DNA of 59,414 nt from the NCBI GenBank assembly GCA_036172245.1, contig JAYWIR010000154.1, positions 1 to 59,414 of the forward strand. The letters are read 5' to 3'. Position 1 is the first letter of the stretch, and every line of letters starts with the position of its first letter. This document shows, piece after piece, positions 47,847 through 58,739 of this stretch. This DNA is from Raillietiella orientalis. Its lineage: Eukaryota. Under the pieces are notes generated by a model. The model was not told the origin of the DNA. It worked only from the letters and a program-made list of their open reading frames with translations, and did no database searches. Made by a program: the position numbers and the translations under genes.

Positions 47847-49880
47847 TTATCACTTGGGTGCGCTGGGGCGTTTATTGTAATCTATCTGGGAACAGGGTTC
47901 CTGGACAAAGGGGAAAACAAGAGACGAAGGGGGTGGGATCTTGGACATCGAGGTCGGTATGCCGAAAGTCCGGAACGGAAAAGAAAAGACCACAAATACA
48001 CTACTATAGAAAAATAAAAGAAAAATATGGTGGGCAGGGGACAGGGGTCTTTGGTGAGTCCCTTCCTTCCTTTCAAAACCGGCGATGGATGCCGGCGATC
48101 TCTCTTCTTACGTCCTGTGGCAGATGGGCCCACTCGGCAGCCGACGACGTGTTTGTGCTGGCTAATCCGGTGGGCTGACGAAGGATGGCCAGCTCCTCCA
48201 ACTCTCGGTGGGCCTTGTCGATGGCGCGGGTGCAACACACGGCTGCAACGACCGCACCCAAAGACAGGCCGCCTGGCGGGAAGAAGCGGCGCATCAAGTC
48301 CCTCGCGGTGTCCCTCTTGTGAAGGAAAGCTGAGGCCAGCCTCCGCCAGAGTCCCAGAAGGGCACCGCAGTCCAGGAGCAGGTGCGGGAGCGTTTCCACT
48401 TCCCCGCACCGCTTACAGTTTGGGGAGACAACTTTCCCGGAAACACGGTTCGTCGATGGTTGGAGTGAAAACCCCAATGCACCAGCATGATGACGTCCTA
48501 CTTCCACGAAAGGGGGAACACCGAAGTGATCAAACACGAGGGAGGGACCACAAGTTCTTCGGGGGGCACACTCAAGTGTTCACTCCACCGAAGGAGTCCC
48601 TTCGGTATGTGGCGAGGCGTGGCGGCATCTGCCAGCTCGCAAGTCCTCCAGCCGCCAATAGGTCGGGTTGTTCCTGCGATGGTGCAGGCGACCTCCCATC
48701 TCGCCGGATCGCAGCTGTCATCTCTTTCCCTGAGGGCTGACAGCGCATCGGCGAGGGGCGTGAGGCCAGGCGAGTCCACTTCTCTTGGCTGTTGCACACT
48801 TCATCCGCCGTGCAGTACGGGCAGAGGTGAGCGCAACGGAGTTCCAGGAGGGAAACATCCTGGTGCTTTGCCCAGCCATGCAACGGTTCCGGCCGCCAGG
48901 CTTAAAAGTTCGTTGGGCGGCAGGAGATCGATTCCTGGGGTTCCTGGAGCCGGCACAGCGGTTTCAAGGGGAAACCGAAGCTTCGCGTGGCGCGCTAAGT
49001 GTGGGGCCGCAGCGACAGAAGTCCATCGCTGCCTGCGCAGCGCCGCAGAAGCAGGCGTGCGGAAAGGTTGTGCACGAAAGGTTGACAAACAGGGCCAACA
49101 TCCGAAGCAGTACCTGCAGCTCGATAGTCTCCAGCGTCAGGATTCGTAAACCAGTATCCCGACACGGTGCCGCCAAGTCTTTGAGGCGTATCCTGGACCT
49201 CGCAGGTCATCACAGAGCGTTCCTCAACAGGCTTTGCGCATGGAGCTTGGCAGATCAGGGGGGCGGGCAAACAAAGAGCAAGGGGCGCAAGAGGGGGCAA
49301 CGAAGGTGTTTCATATCCTGGCCCGCTCCGGCAGGACGAACCTGCCATAGTGGAACGGGCTCAGGGCATTCGAAGCCTTCCGAAGGCAGTCCGACCACAC
49401 TTCCACCGGGCTGATGTTCCCCAGCGGAACGCTTAGATATTGCATGGAGGAAGCGGTCAAGATCCCCAGGCGGATCCAGTCGGACTGTCGCTCCCACGAC
49501 GAACCAATAGTTACGATCACGCTCTTGCTCCGCTTTACGCTCATGCACGCTCCCCGTCGAATCAGCTCGAAGAAATCCTCGAGACTGGGCGCCGATGTGG
49601 TCATGGGTAAGAGGAGAAGCAGGTCGTCAGCATAGGCCGCCACGGACGGCGTTCCTGGACAACAGCTCGGCAGGTTGGTCAGCGTCAGCCTATACGCCCT
49701 CAGCACCAACTCAAAGAAGATGCTGAAGAGCAACGGGCTTAAGCTGTCGCCCTGCCTGATGCCCCACCGCACCGGCACGCCGTACACGTGGCAGCCGCAA
49801 AAAGAGATGAATATGAGCTCGTGGCGCCAGCAAGCGCGCAAATACGCCACGAGGTGCATCGGGAGACGGAGACGTTCCAG
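47847..49880 (-). mobile_element. S21: 3' part of a subfamily C-like element (RT to intact 3' end)
   Basis: ORF 49311..49883 (RQGD, YADD); CKRCGEVETLPHLLLDC; terminal motif 47851-47876. Confidence 0.9.
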
Positions 49881-49910
49881 CACCTGTCAAGGGACAGGTG
49901 AGGCGGACGT

Positions 49911-50560
49911 TTTCACACGGTGAAGCCGGGGCTTTTATTTGAAAACTAACAGTATTTGCGGTACAAGGCCCCGGTGCGGCCAATAGTGCTATGGAACTGT
50001 CTGGTTGTCAGTGCACAGACCGACATAACACTCCACGTCAACGGATGGGGTTAGGGAAAAAATAAAAATAAAAATAAAAAGTAGAAACACTGGTCATTGG
50101 GAGGGCCGGGAAGTGATCATTGTGCGTTTTGTTTAGCTTCCATCCTTTGCAGGATGCCGACTTGGTCCTTCTGCAGATTTCCCAGGTGGAGCCATCAGGA
50201 TGCCATTCGCAGAAAGCGAGCTGCATGCTCAACGGCATTCCTTCTGTTAGCATCCTCCGCTTCGTCGGATCCACTCCAAGCTGCCAGAATAGCGCGTACG
50301 CAGCAGAGAGCTGCTATAACAGCGGCTGAGCTGCAGGGCGTCCCGCAAGAAGAGGAGCCGAAAAACGTCTCTACGAAGACTACCGTCCAGGATCCCTAAG
50401 ATGAAACCGACACGCTCCCACAGGGGCCGGAGGGCAGCACACTCAACCAGAAGGTGCGAGAGGGTTTCCCGCTCCCCGCACCGGGAACAGTTTGCGTTCA
50501 CACTTCCCCGTGTCGCTATAGGGAGCAGACGTGATTTGGCATCGCTCCACGGACTGGTTA
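49911..50560 (-). mobile_element. S22: CCHC region, 3'UTR and intact 3' end
   Basis: NCSRCGERETLSHLLVEC; terminal motif 49914-49939. Confidence 0.87.
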
Positions 50561-50564
50561 GTGG

Positions 50565-53185
50565 GAAGCTTTTCGTTGGTTGTCTGGTGTATGGAAGCAC
50601 CAATGTCCCATGGATGAAATGCCTGAGGACATCGCGATGGAAGTTGAAGGAGGAGAAGCGACATGCTTTCCGACACCAATAAAAGTGGGGGCATCCGCTC
50701 CCACGGAATCCGGGGAACGTGCCCCATCGGAATCGGGAGCAATCCCCCCTTCGCGACCCTCTTCGCCATTGGCAAGGAGTTGGAGTGACGTCGTTGCTGC
50801 ACCATCCCCGGATGCAGTAGCGGAGCAGACTGCCTACAAGGACAGCGGCTACAAGCCGTCTCTGATCTATAAGGTAGGCAGTGTGTTTGATGAAAAAATT
50901 GCACGCTCCTTCGAAATGGAGCTGCAAAGGTTGAACGTGAGGGAGGAAGACCTTGAAGGCCTATCCCTCCTTAGTGGAGGCCAGCGAGTTGAGCTGACAT
51001 GCAAAGAGGCAAGTCTGGCTCAGCGACTGCTGAACACCCCTCTTACGGTGGACGGCCGCAGGATCTTCCCTGTGACGGAGGACCGCTCTGTCATGGTCCA
51101 CCTCACGGGCGTATCACTCCGAATGGACAAAACCAGAGTCCATGAGGAGTTGTCGATGCATAGTAGTGTGCACGTGTATTTGGCCAAACCCAATGTCTTC
51201 CGAACGTACGGAAGGCTATTCAGTGGGATGGCCGCAGCCGGCGTCAACCTACCAGAGAATGGTGAACTTCCCACAAATTGAATATCGGCGAAGAAAAAGT
51301 CGATGTTTGGTACGTGGGTAATTCCAACTATTGTGGCCATTGCGATGCTACAGGGCATCTAAGAAAGCGGTGCCCTAACATCCAATGCCACTTATGTGGA
51401 AATAAGGGCCACATCCGTAAGGTGTGCCCAAGGAGAGAAATCCCGTCCCCATTTGCTGCCAAAAAGGCAAAGGGGAAACGCACGGGAGAGACGCATACAC
51501 AGAAACAAGCTGTAAACACCCAGATGACAGTCACTAAGCCCCCACAGCAAACGTCGGTTGAGAACACTCCCGACGACGCTGATGACGGCGAAGGCTGGCA
51601 GACGGTACAGCCACGAAGAAAACCCGGGAGTCCCGAACGGAACGCGGTGAAAACAAAAACACAGCGTAAAAAACCGTGCCGCGAAAAGCTCCGCGCGTGT
51701 TTGGTAAAATTAGAAGGTGTGGAGGCAACCGATGTTGCCACCGGGGGAGCATTCTCCCCCCTCACGTCCGCCAAAGCAGCGACGGTCGATGGTGAACCCT
51801 CTGGCGAATCACAGGGGGAACCGCGCGCCGCGCTGGACGCGATCGAGGAGGCCGGCTCCCAGCAGGCGGTGGGAGAACTCACGGCTGAACTGCAAGGCCG
51901 TGAAAAGAACTCGCGAAAGGCGTTGCGAAGGCCGGTCGCGAGGAAGGCTCCGGAGGTAGGTGAGGCCGATCCGGACGTCGAAATTGCGTCCTCTTTAGCG
52001 GAGTCGCCACCAAAGAAGACGGGACGTAACTCTCAGAATCCCAGAAGGCGCATCCGGATCAATAAGGAGACGGAGGAACCATCCCCCGAGGAAGAAGCCG
52101 GCAGCGTGGGAGGCAAGGGTGGGAATATCTGATTCCCCGACACCGTGCAGCTAGCGACTTCCATGGAGGAGGATGCGCAGGTGGGTGAACTACTACTTCC
52201 TCTGCAAGGCCCCGACGACGAATCGTCCTCCATGGAGGAGGGAGAAGCGGTGCGCGACACACCCCCTTCTCCTAGCGTCCCGCTTGACAAGGTGGCAGGA
52301 GCCCCATTGCCAATTTCCCAGGATTAACACCTGGACTCGTCTGTCGCCGTAGGATACGCGTAGCCTGCTGGAACGCCAACGGGCTGCGCGATGATGGCAA
52401 CAGGCGGGACACGGCCGACACCCCGCGTGACTTCGACCTGGCCCTCCCGCAGGAGATCCATGTGATCACCGCAAGGAATGCCCAGGAGATCGAGAGGGGG
52501 GTCGTCTGTTTTGGCAATGCGGCTCTTGCAACACCTGTGACGTCGCGTTTTTTATGAACCCAGCAATCGCTTCCTTCTTCCAGGACAGTCGGGTTGGCCA
52601 GCTTATCCTTAGGTGGTCCGACTCGATCGACCTTGTCGTGACTAATGTGTGCGCTACGAGCGGAGGACGCGGGTACGGTGAACGTTCCCGGTTCCTCGGA
52701 ACCCTGAAGCGCGAATGGCCGGCGGATAGAAACGTACGCAAGGCACATCTTATCGGTGGGGATTTCAACATCCGCCTGCTCTCAAATGTGCCTTGCAGGC
52801 AAAAAGACGCAAACAACGAGTTGTGCGCCGCTATGCGTACGCGCAATTTGCTGGGGGACTTTCCGGAAATGGCCCAAAGCGTAGATCACGTCTTCCTTGA
52901 CGCCGACCTGTGCTTAAGGGTCCGCAGACTAGGCAAACTTACGTCGAAGCTATCGGACCACTACTGGCTGATAAGCGAGATTATGCCACGCGACAATCGA
53001 CCACTATCCAGGGTGTGGCGTATGCCAGGGGACTGGACGCATATCTCAGGTGCGGCGGAACATCTCCGTCAGTTCCTGAGAGGCGTCATCCTTTGCAACC
53101 TCGAAGGTTGGGACCACATGAAGGTCTCGGTCCGCGAGTTCAGCGAGGATTTTCCTTTGCACCGCCTGCCACGGGGATTTGGAGT
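50565..53185 (+). mobile_element. S23: ORF1 (50610-52327) and ORF2 EN up to GFG
   Basis: ORFs 50580..51281, 51278..52132 (CGHCDATGHLRKRC, CHLCGNKGHIRKVC), 52554..53297 (GGDFN, VDH, SDH). Confidence 0.92.
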
Positions 53186-53196
53186 TGTAACCAGGG

Positions 53197-54699
53197 TACC
53201 TTCCAGGAACGGGCGGATCGCCGTCTCGACTTTTTGGAGGCAGCTGCACCACGCTTCCGCTGCGGAAAAGTCCCCCAACGGCACACCAAGGTACTAAATG
53301 CACCTCGCAGTGGGGATCCCCAAACGGACCCAGTCCTGCTGCCCTGCCCACGCCGCACCAACTGGCACCACCGACGACTTCGCCCTGTTCACCGTAAGTC
53401 CGGACCCGCGGCTGAGCAGGTCGAAGAAATCTCCGACCGCCTTTGCCGGGGTGGACATTGGCAACAAGAGCAGAAGATCGTCGGCATAAACACTTACGGC
53501 GAGTGTGCCGCGGCATGAGCTGGCGGCCCCAATGTTGGGTTGCCGATTTTCCCTTCCCTTTCTTCTCTCTTCTCTGAGAATGCATCCAAGTGCTTGCGAA
53601 GAAGAGGTTGGCGTCCATACTTCGCCCGGTAACAGCATAGGTCTGCTCCGGGCTAGTTGTGGACTCTGCCACCTGCCCCAAACGCGAAGCCCATAGCCCT
53701 GCTAGCAACTTGGCGTCCGTGTTCACGATCGTGATCGGACGAAAGTTGTTCAATTACCTGAGGTTTCCCTCTTTCGGGAGGAGCCTCACTCTGGATGAAC
53801 GAAAAGAGGCGGGAACATCGCCTTCGTCTCGGATCAGCCTTGTCAACACGAGCACCACGGGGGCCAGATCTTGCGCGAAGCACTGAAAAAACTCCGCAGG
53901 CAAGCGGTCCTCTCCTAGCGCCTTAAGCCTCTTGATCCTTTTGATATCGGCGAGAAATTCTCAGAGAGTGAAAGGCTCGTCGAGGCTTACCGACTCCTCT
54001 TCCCCTATTGCGAGGGCACCATCCGGGAGCAAGCGCCAAGAGGCATCTTGGTCCGAAGGCGTCCTGACTTAGAGGGATGAATAAAATCTCCGCAGGAGAT
54101 GCCGTTATGACGCCGGAAACGAACATTCCCGGCCCTGGTCGTACAGCAAGCTGGCCGACCCGGATTGCTAGGCTTGGCGTTCGGCCCCAGCGCGGTACTC
54201 GGCCAAGCAACGCACATTAGGGGTTCTCTCGTAACGACGGGCCTCTAAATAGGCTCTATGGTTGTGAGGACCCTCGCCAAATCCGGGGGGCAGGCGATCC
54301 AGGGGGAACTGTTCGCAGAGCTCCCGGACCTAGGCCTCAAAAAGGAACCAATCCGAGAGACGCTGGAGCGTGACGCCTCTCAGAAATTTGCGAAGGTGTT
54401 CCTTCGCACCTTAGAGTCGCGTCCAGTCCCCCGGCAGACGCCAATATCTGGATGGCGGTCTTTTGTCGCGACGCCGCATCTCGAAAACTAACCGGGCATG
54501 GTTCAACAACCTCGACGCAACCCTCCCTCGTTTGCCGAACCGTGAAAACACGTGAACGTCGAGGTAGACGTGGTCGATGCTGCGGATTATTCCCTTCTCA
54601 CCCGCGAACAAGTTGCGCGCACGCATGGCGGCGCAAAACTCGTTCATCGCGTTCTCTTGTGTTTCAGGCTCACCTGTTAGCAGGCGGAGATTGAAATTT
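53197..54699 (-). mobile_element. S24: EN-linker-RT fragment with an internal deletion near 53520; paralog of S3
   Basis: ORF 54411..54647 (IDH), FRPIT, YADD in 53294..53638. Confidence 0.88.
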
Positions 54700-57600
54700 A
54701 TTACCCGGTCACGCCGGGGCGTTTATTAATAATAATAAACTGGTCAGGCACAAAGTCCTCAACAACAGAACGTCACGGAACATAGAAAAATTACCGGCAC
54801 GCAGGCCTGGTAAACAAACCGCTCGCAGCGTTGGAGGAATGAGGGGAAACAAACAAAAATCAAAAACTGGAGGGAAGGGTAACGGGTTTTTGGTTAGGCT
54901 CCGTACTCAAGGGGATTTATACGATGAGCACCTGAAATGTTCCGCAGCCTATGGGGACGCGGGTGTGAAAAGAAAATTCAAAATTAGTTTATGGAGGGAA
55001 GGGCAATGATCACCGGGTTGGCCGCTGCTAAGCGTGTGTAAATCGGCGGTGTATTGCGGCGAGATTCCTTTTTTTCTCCTCAGTCAAATGAGGCCATCTA
55101 GCGGATGCTCCCATGTAGAAGGATACTTTGCTGATTACCTCCTGGTGCTGTCCGTTGATTGCCAACGCCTAACGGACGGAAACTATCGCGCGTATGCATC
55201 CGATGGTTTCAATCCTTGCGCTTAGTGACAGCCCGCTCGGCGTGAAGAATCGTCGCAGGAAGTCTCTTGCGGTGTCCACGGGATGCATCAGTGCTGTTGC
55301 CAGCCTACGCCACAGTCATTGTAGGATTCCGCAGTCCAGAAGTAGGGGCGGAATCGACTCCGTGGATCCGCACCGAACTTAGTTGGCAGACGCAAGTCCC
55401 CCGGAGTCACGATGCCAACGCTCTTTGCACTGAAAACCCCAGTGAAAAAAAAGCAGCACGGCTTGTTTCCAAGCAAGGGAGAGCAGCGAACTGTTAATAC
55501 ACTGTGGAGGCACTACAAGTTCTTCGGGGGTTACAGCGAGTTCTTCTGCCCACCGGAGTAGACCCTTTGCAGTAACACGAGGAGTGGCGGCGTCCGCCAA
55601 CTCACTCGTCTTCCAGGTACCAAGGAGTTTGGTTTTTCCCGCTATCGTGCAGGAAACCTCCCGCCTCGCCGGTTTGCAATTGTCGTTTCCTGCTCTGAGG
55701 GCAGAGAGCGCTGCGGCAAGAGGCGTGGCAGCCAGGGTAGAAAACTTCACCTCGTCCTGCAGTACTTCCTCCAAGCATCGTGGAAAAAATTAGCGCAGGG
55801 GGCGAAGATCTTCAGGGCGTATTCCTTGGAACGCCGCCCAGGATTCAACAGACTTCTGCCGTCAAGCTTCAAAGTTCATTGGGCGGCAGGAGATCCACGA
55901 CTGAGCTTCCAGAAATGCGGTCATCTGCCGCAATGGAAACCCGAAACCCCGCTTCCTGTATTGAGTGCCCAGCAAAAGCGAGAGAAATCCTCTGCTGCCG
56001 GCGCAACTCCACAGGAGAATGCGGACTGGCACACACAGGTCGGATGTCCATAGCTGGGCACAGTGCCAGTAGTCGGAACTGCACCTGCAGTCCGATTCGC
56101 TCCATTGTCAGGATATTCAAACCAGCATCCCGACGCGGAGCTAACAAATCTTTAAGGCGGATCCTGGATCTCGCCGGACTCCAGAGAGCGTTGCTGATCA
56201 GGCGTTTAGCCCGCTGTTTTGCCGCATAGGGGGGATCCAAAACAAAAAACAGGGGACGGAGGAGCGGGGCCACAAAGGTGTTCCCAATAGTCGCCCGTTC
56301 CTGCAAGGTAAACTTGCCGTTAAAGAACGGGCTGATGGCCAACTCTGCTTTCTGAAGACAGTCCGCCCACGCTTCGGCTGCGCCAAAAGCGCCCAACGGA
56401 ACGCCAAGGTACTTAAAGTACACGCCCGTGGGGATCCCCAAGCGGATCCAGTCGGACTGCCCCTCCCACGACGTACCCAAAGGAACGACCACGCTCTTCT
56501 CTCTGTTCACGCTCACGCACGCTCCCCGACGAATCACTGCGAAGAAATGTTCGAAACTGGAAGCCGGAGTGGACATGGGGAGCAAAAGAAGCAGGTCATC
56601 AGCGTAGGCGGCCACAGCAAACGTTCCCGGGCAGGAGCTTGGCAAATGAGACAGGGTCAGCCTGTATGCTCTAAGCACCAACTCAAAGAAGATGCTGAAG
56701 AGCAACGGGCTTAAGCTGTCGCCCTGTCGGATGCCCCTACGCACAGGAATACCATACACGCGGCCGCCGCTGAAAGTGATGCAGGTTAGCGTGTGGCGCC
56801 AGCACGCGCGCAAATACAGCAGGAGTTGCGCCGGAAACCCAAGGCGTTACATAAGCTCCAAAAGCAGCTTCTGGTTTACGCAGTCAAACCCCTTGTGAAA
56901 ATCGACCGCGACCGCCAAGGCACCTTTCGTTCCCTCCTGCCGTCGGCGCCTGTTCTTCTTGCCTGCGGCAGTGACTTTTGCAGCAGCCTGGCTTTGCTGC
57001 GCTACAACTTCCTAAAGCTGCATCCATGTACGCGCAAAAAGGATGTTCGCCTCCATGGATCGTCCGGGAACCGCGTAGGTTTGCTCCGGACTCACCACAA
57101 ATTCCGCGATACTTCCTAACCGCGCGACCTACATCTTGGAAAACAACTTGACGTCCGAGTTCACCAAGGTGATCGGACACCAGTTGTTAAGTTGACGCAA
57201 GTCTCCGCCTTTCGGCAGGAGACGCACCTGTGCTGAGCGGAAGGAATCCGGGACATTCCCGGATTCACTCATCAGCGTCGCGAGTCTCCCCGCCTTTCGT
57301 CTCTTCAGCCCAGCGATGGCGGTCGAAAATTCATCCGCCGTGAAGGGCTCGTTGAGACGTTCGCGTTCCTCCTCGCCGACAACACGAGCATCCTGAGACA
57401 GGAGTATCTCCGAGAGAATATCCTCCTTCGGGGATTCGGCGTAGGGCGAGGAATATTTGCGTCTCACAATGCGGCGTACGTCGGCTGGGGCCGAACATTC
57501 CTGGCCCTTGTCGTCAACAGGCATGCTGCTCCGGACTGCCAGAACTGTCGCTCGGTTCTTGCCTTGTACTCCGCGAGACGCTTGACATCCGCGCGTCTCG

Positions 57601-58720
57601 GAAACGTGCGGGCCTGCAGAAAGTCTCTACTGTTGGCCACGCTCTCTCCGAAAGCCCGTCGACGCCGGTGCAAGGGGAATTGGCAGCAGAACTCGCGGAC
57701 AGATCTTGTGAGATCGTTTCGGTCCGCAAGTTCTTGAATGGCAAAGCCTCGGAGGTGTGCACATGGATGCTTCTGAGCCTTTGGTTGGCTAAGCCAATCC
57801 GCCTGCATCCTCCAGTTTTGCAGCGGAGGCTTTCTTGCTGGCGGAAGGATCTCAAACTTCAACCTGTGGTGGTCAGAAAGCCTAGTCAACAATCTTCCTC
57901 TCCTACCCACACGCGAATTCAGGCTTTCATCGAGGAAAACGTGATCGAGCGATCTTTCCATTCCAGGTTCGCTGACCATCAAGTTGGCGGCGTGCACGGA
58001 CGCGCACATCTCGATGGGCAGCGCGCGCTCCCTCGGGCGGCTCCAATCGTCGGAGAGCAGGTGGACGTTGAAGACCCAAGCGACGAGGTGCGCCACTTAA
58101 AAGCCGGAGTTGTTGAGCCAGTGGTTCTGCACCTCACCAAAGAAAGCTACTTTTTCTTCGAGGTAGCGAGAGCCACACGGTGCGTAAACGTTCGTAACGA
58201 CGAGATCGATGGACTCGGACCACTTGATGACAAGCTGGCCTATCCGTCCGTCGTCATCGAAACGAACACTACGCACCGCTTCCGCCATTTTTCCTCTTAC
58301 GAGGAACGCGACGCCGCACGTGTGTGCGCCGCCGCACCGCCAATGTAGCGTTCCGCCTGCGCGCTCCTCGATTTCGGCTGCCTGCTCGTCAGAGATTACG
58401 TGAATCTCCTGCAGGAGCGCGAGGTCGAAGGGGCGCAGGGCGTTAACTACTAATCGCCTCTTCTCGTCGTTCTGTAGGCCGTTTACGTTCCAACACGTTA
58501 CGGACAGACGACGAGAAGACGCGATTCCCCGCATTACGGCTGGGAAGGTGGCGGCTTTTTGCTCGCTTTATCCGGCGAGCAGAGGCTAGCAGCACGACTG
58601 GCTGGAGGGGACGGTCGCCACCGTCCTCTGTCGCGCTGCATGCTTGTAATGCCTCCACGCCGGGCTGGACCCCGTCGGGTTCCGGGCTTCCACACTTTCA
58701 ACAACTAGTCTTGCCTCCGC
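54700..58720 (-). mobile_element. S25: subfamily C element with ORF1 tail, whole degenerate ORF2 (58534 to ~55010), 3'UTR and intact 3' end; paralog of S4
   Basis: ORFs 58097..58534 (CWNVNG, NVYAP), 57464..58096 (LDH, SDH), 55869..56813 (RQGD, YADD, KYLG); terminal motif 54702-54727. Confidence 0.93.
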
Positions 58721-58739
58721 TCACATGAGCTGACCAAAA

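Noticed and set aside
7601..54727. Recurrent palindromic 26-mer as CRISPR repeats or recombination (attC-like) sites
   Set aside because: Spacing is irregular at kilobase scale, both strands are used, and it always ends a LINE 3'UTR; no cas or integrase genes are present.
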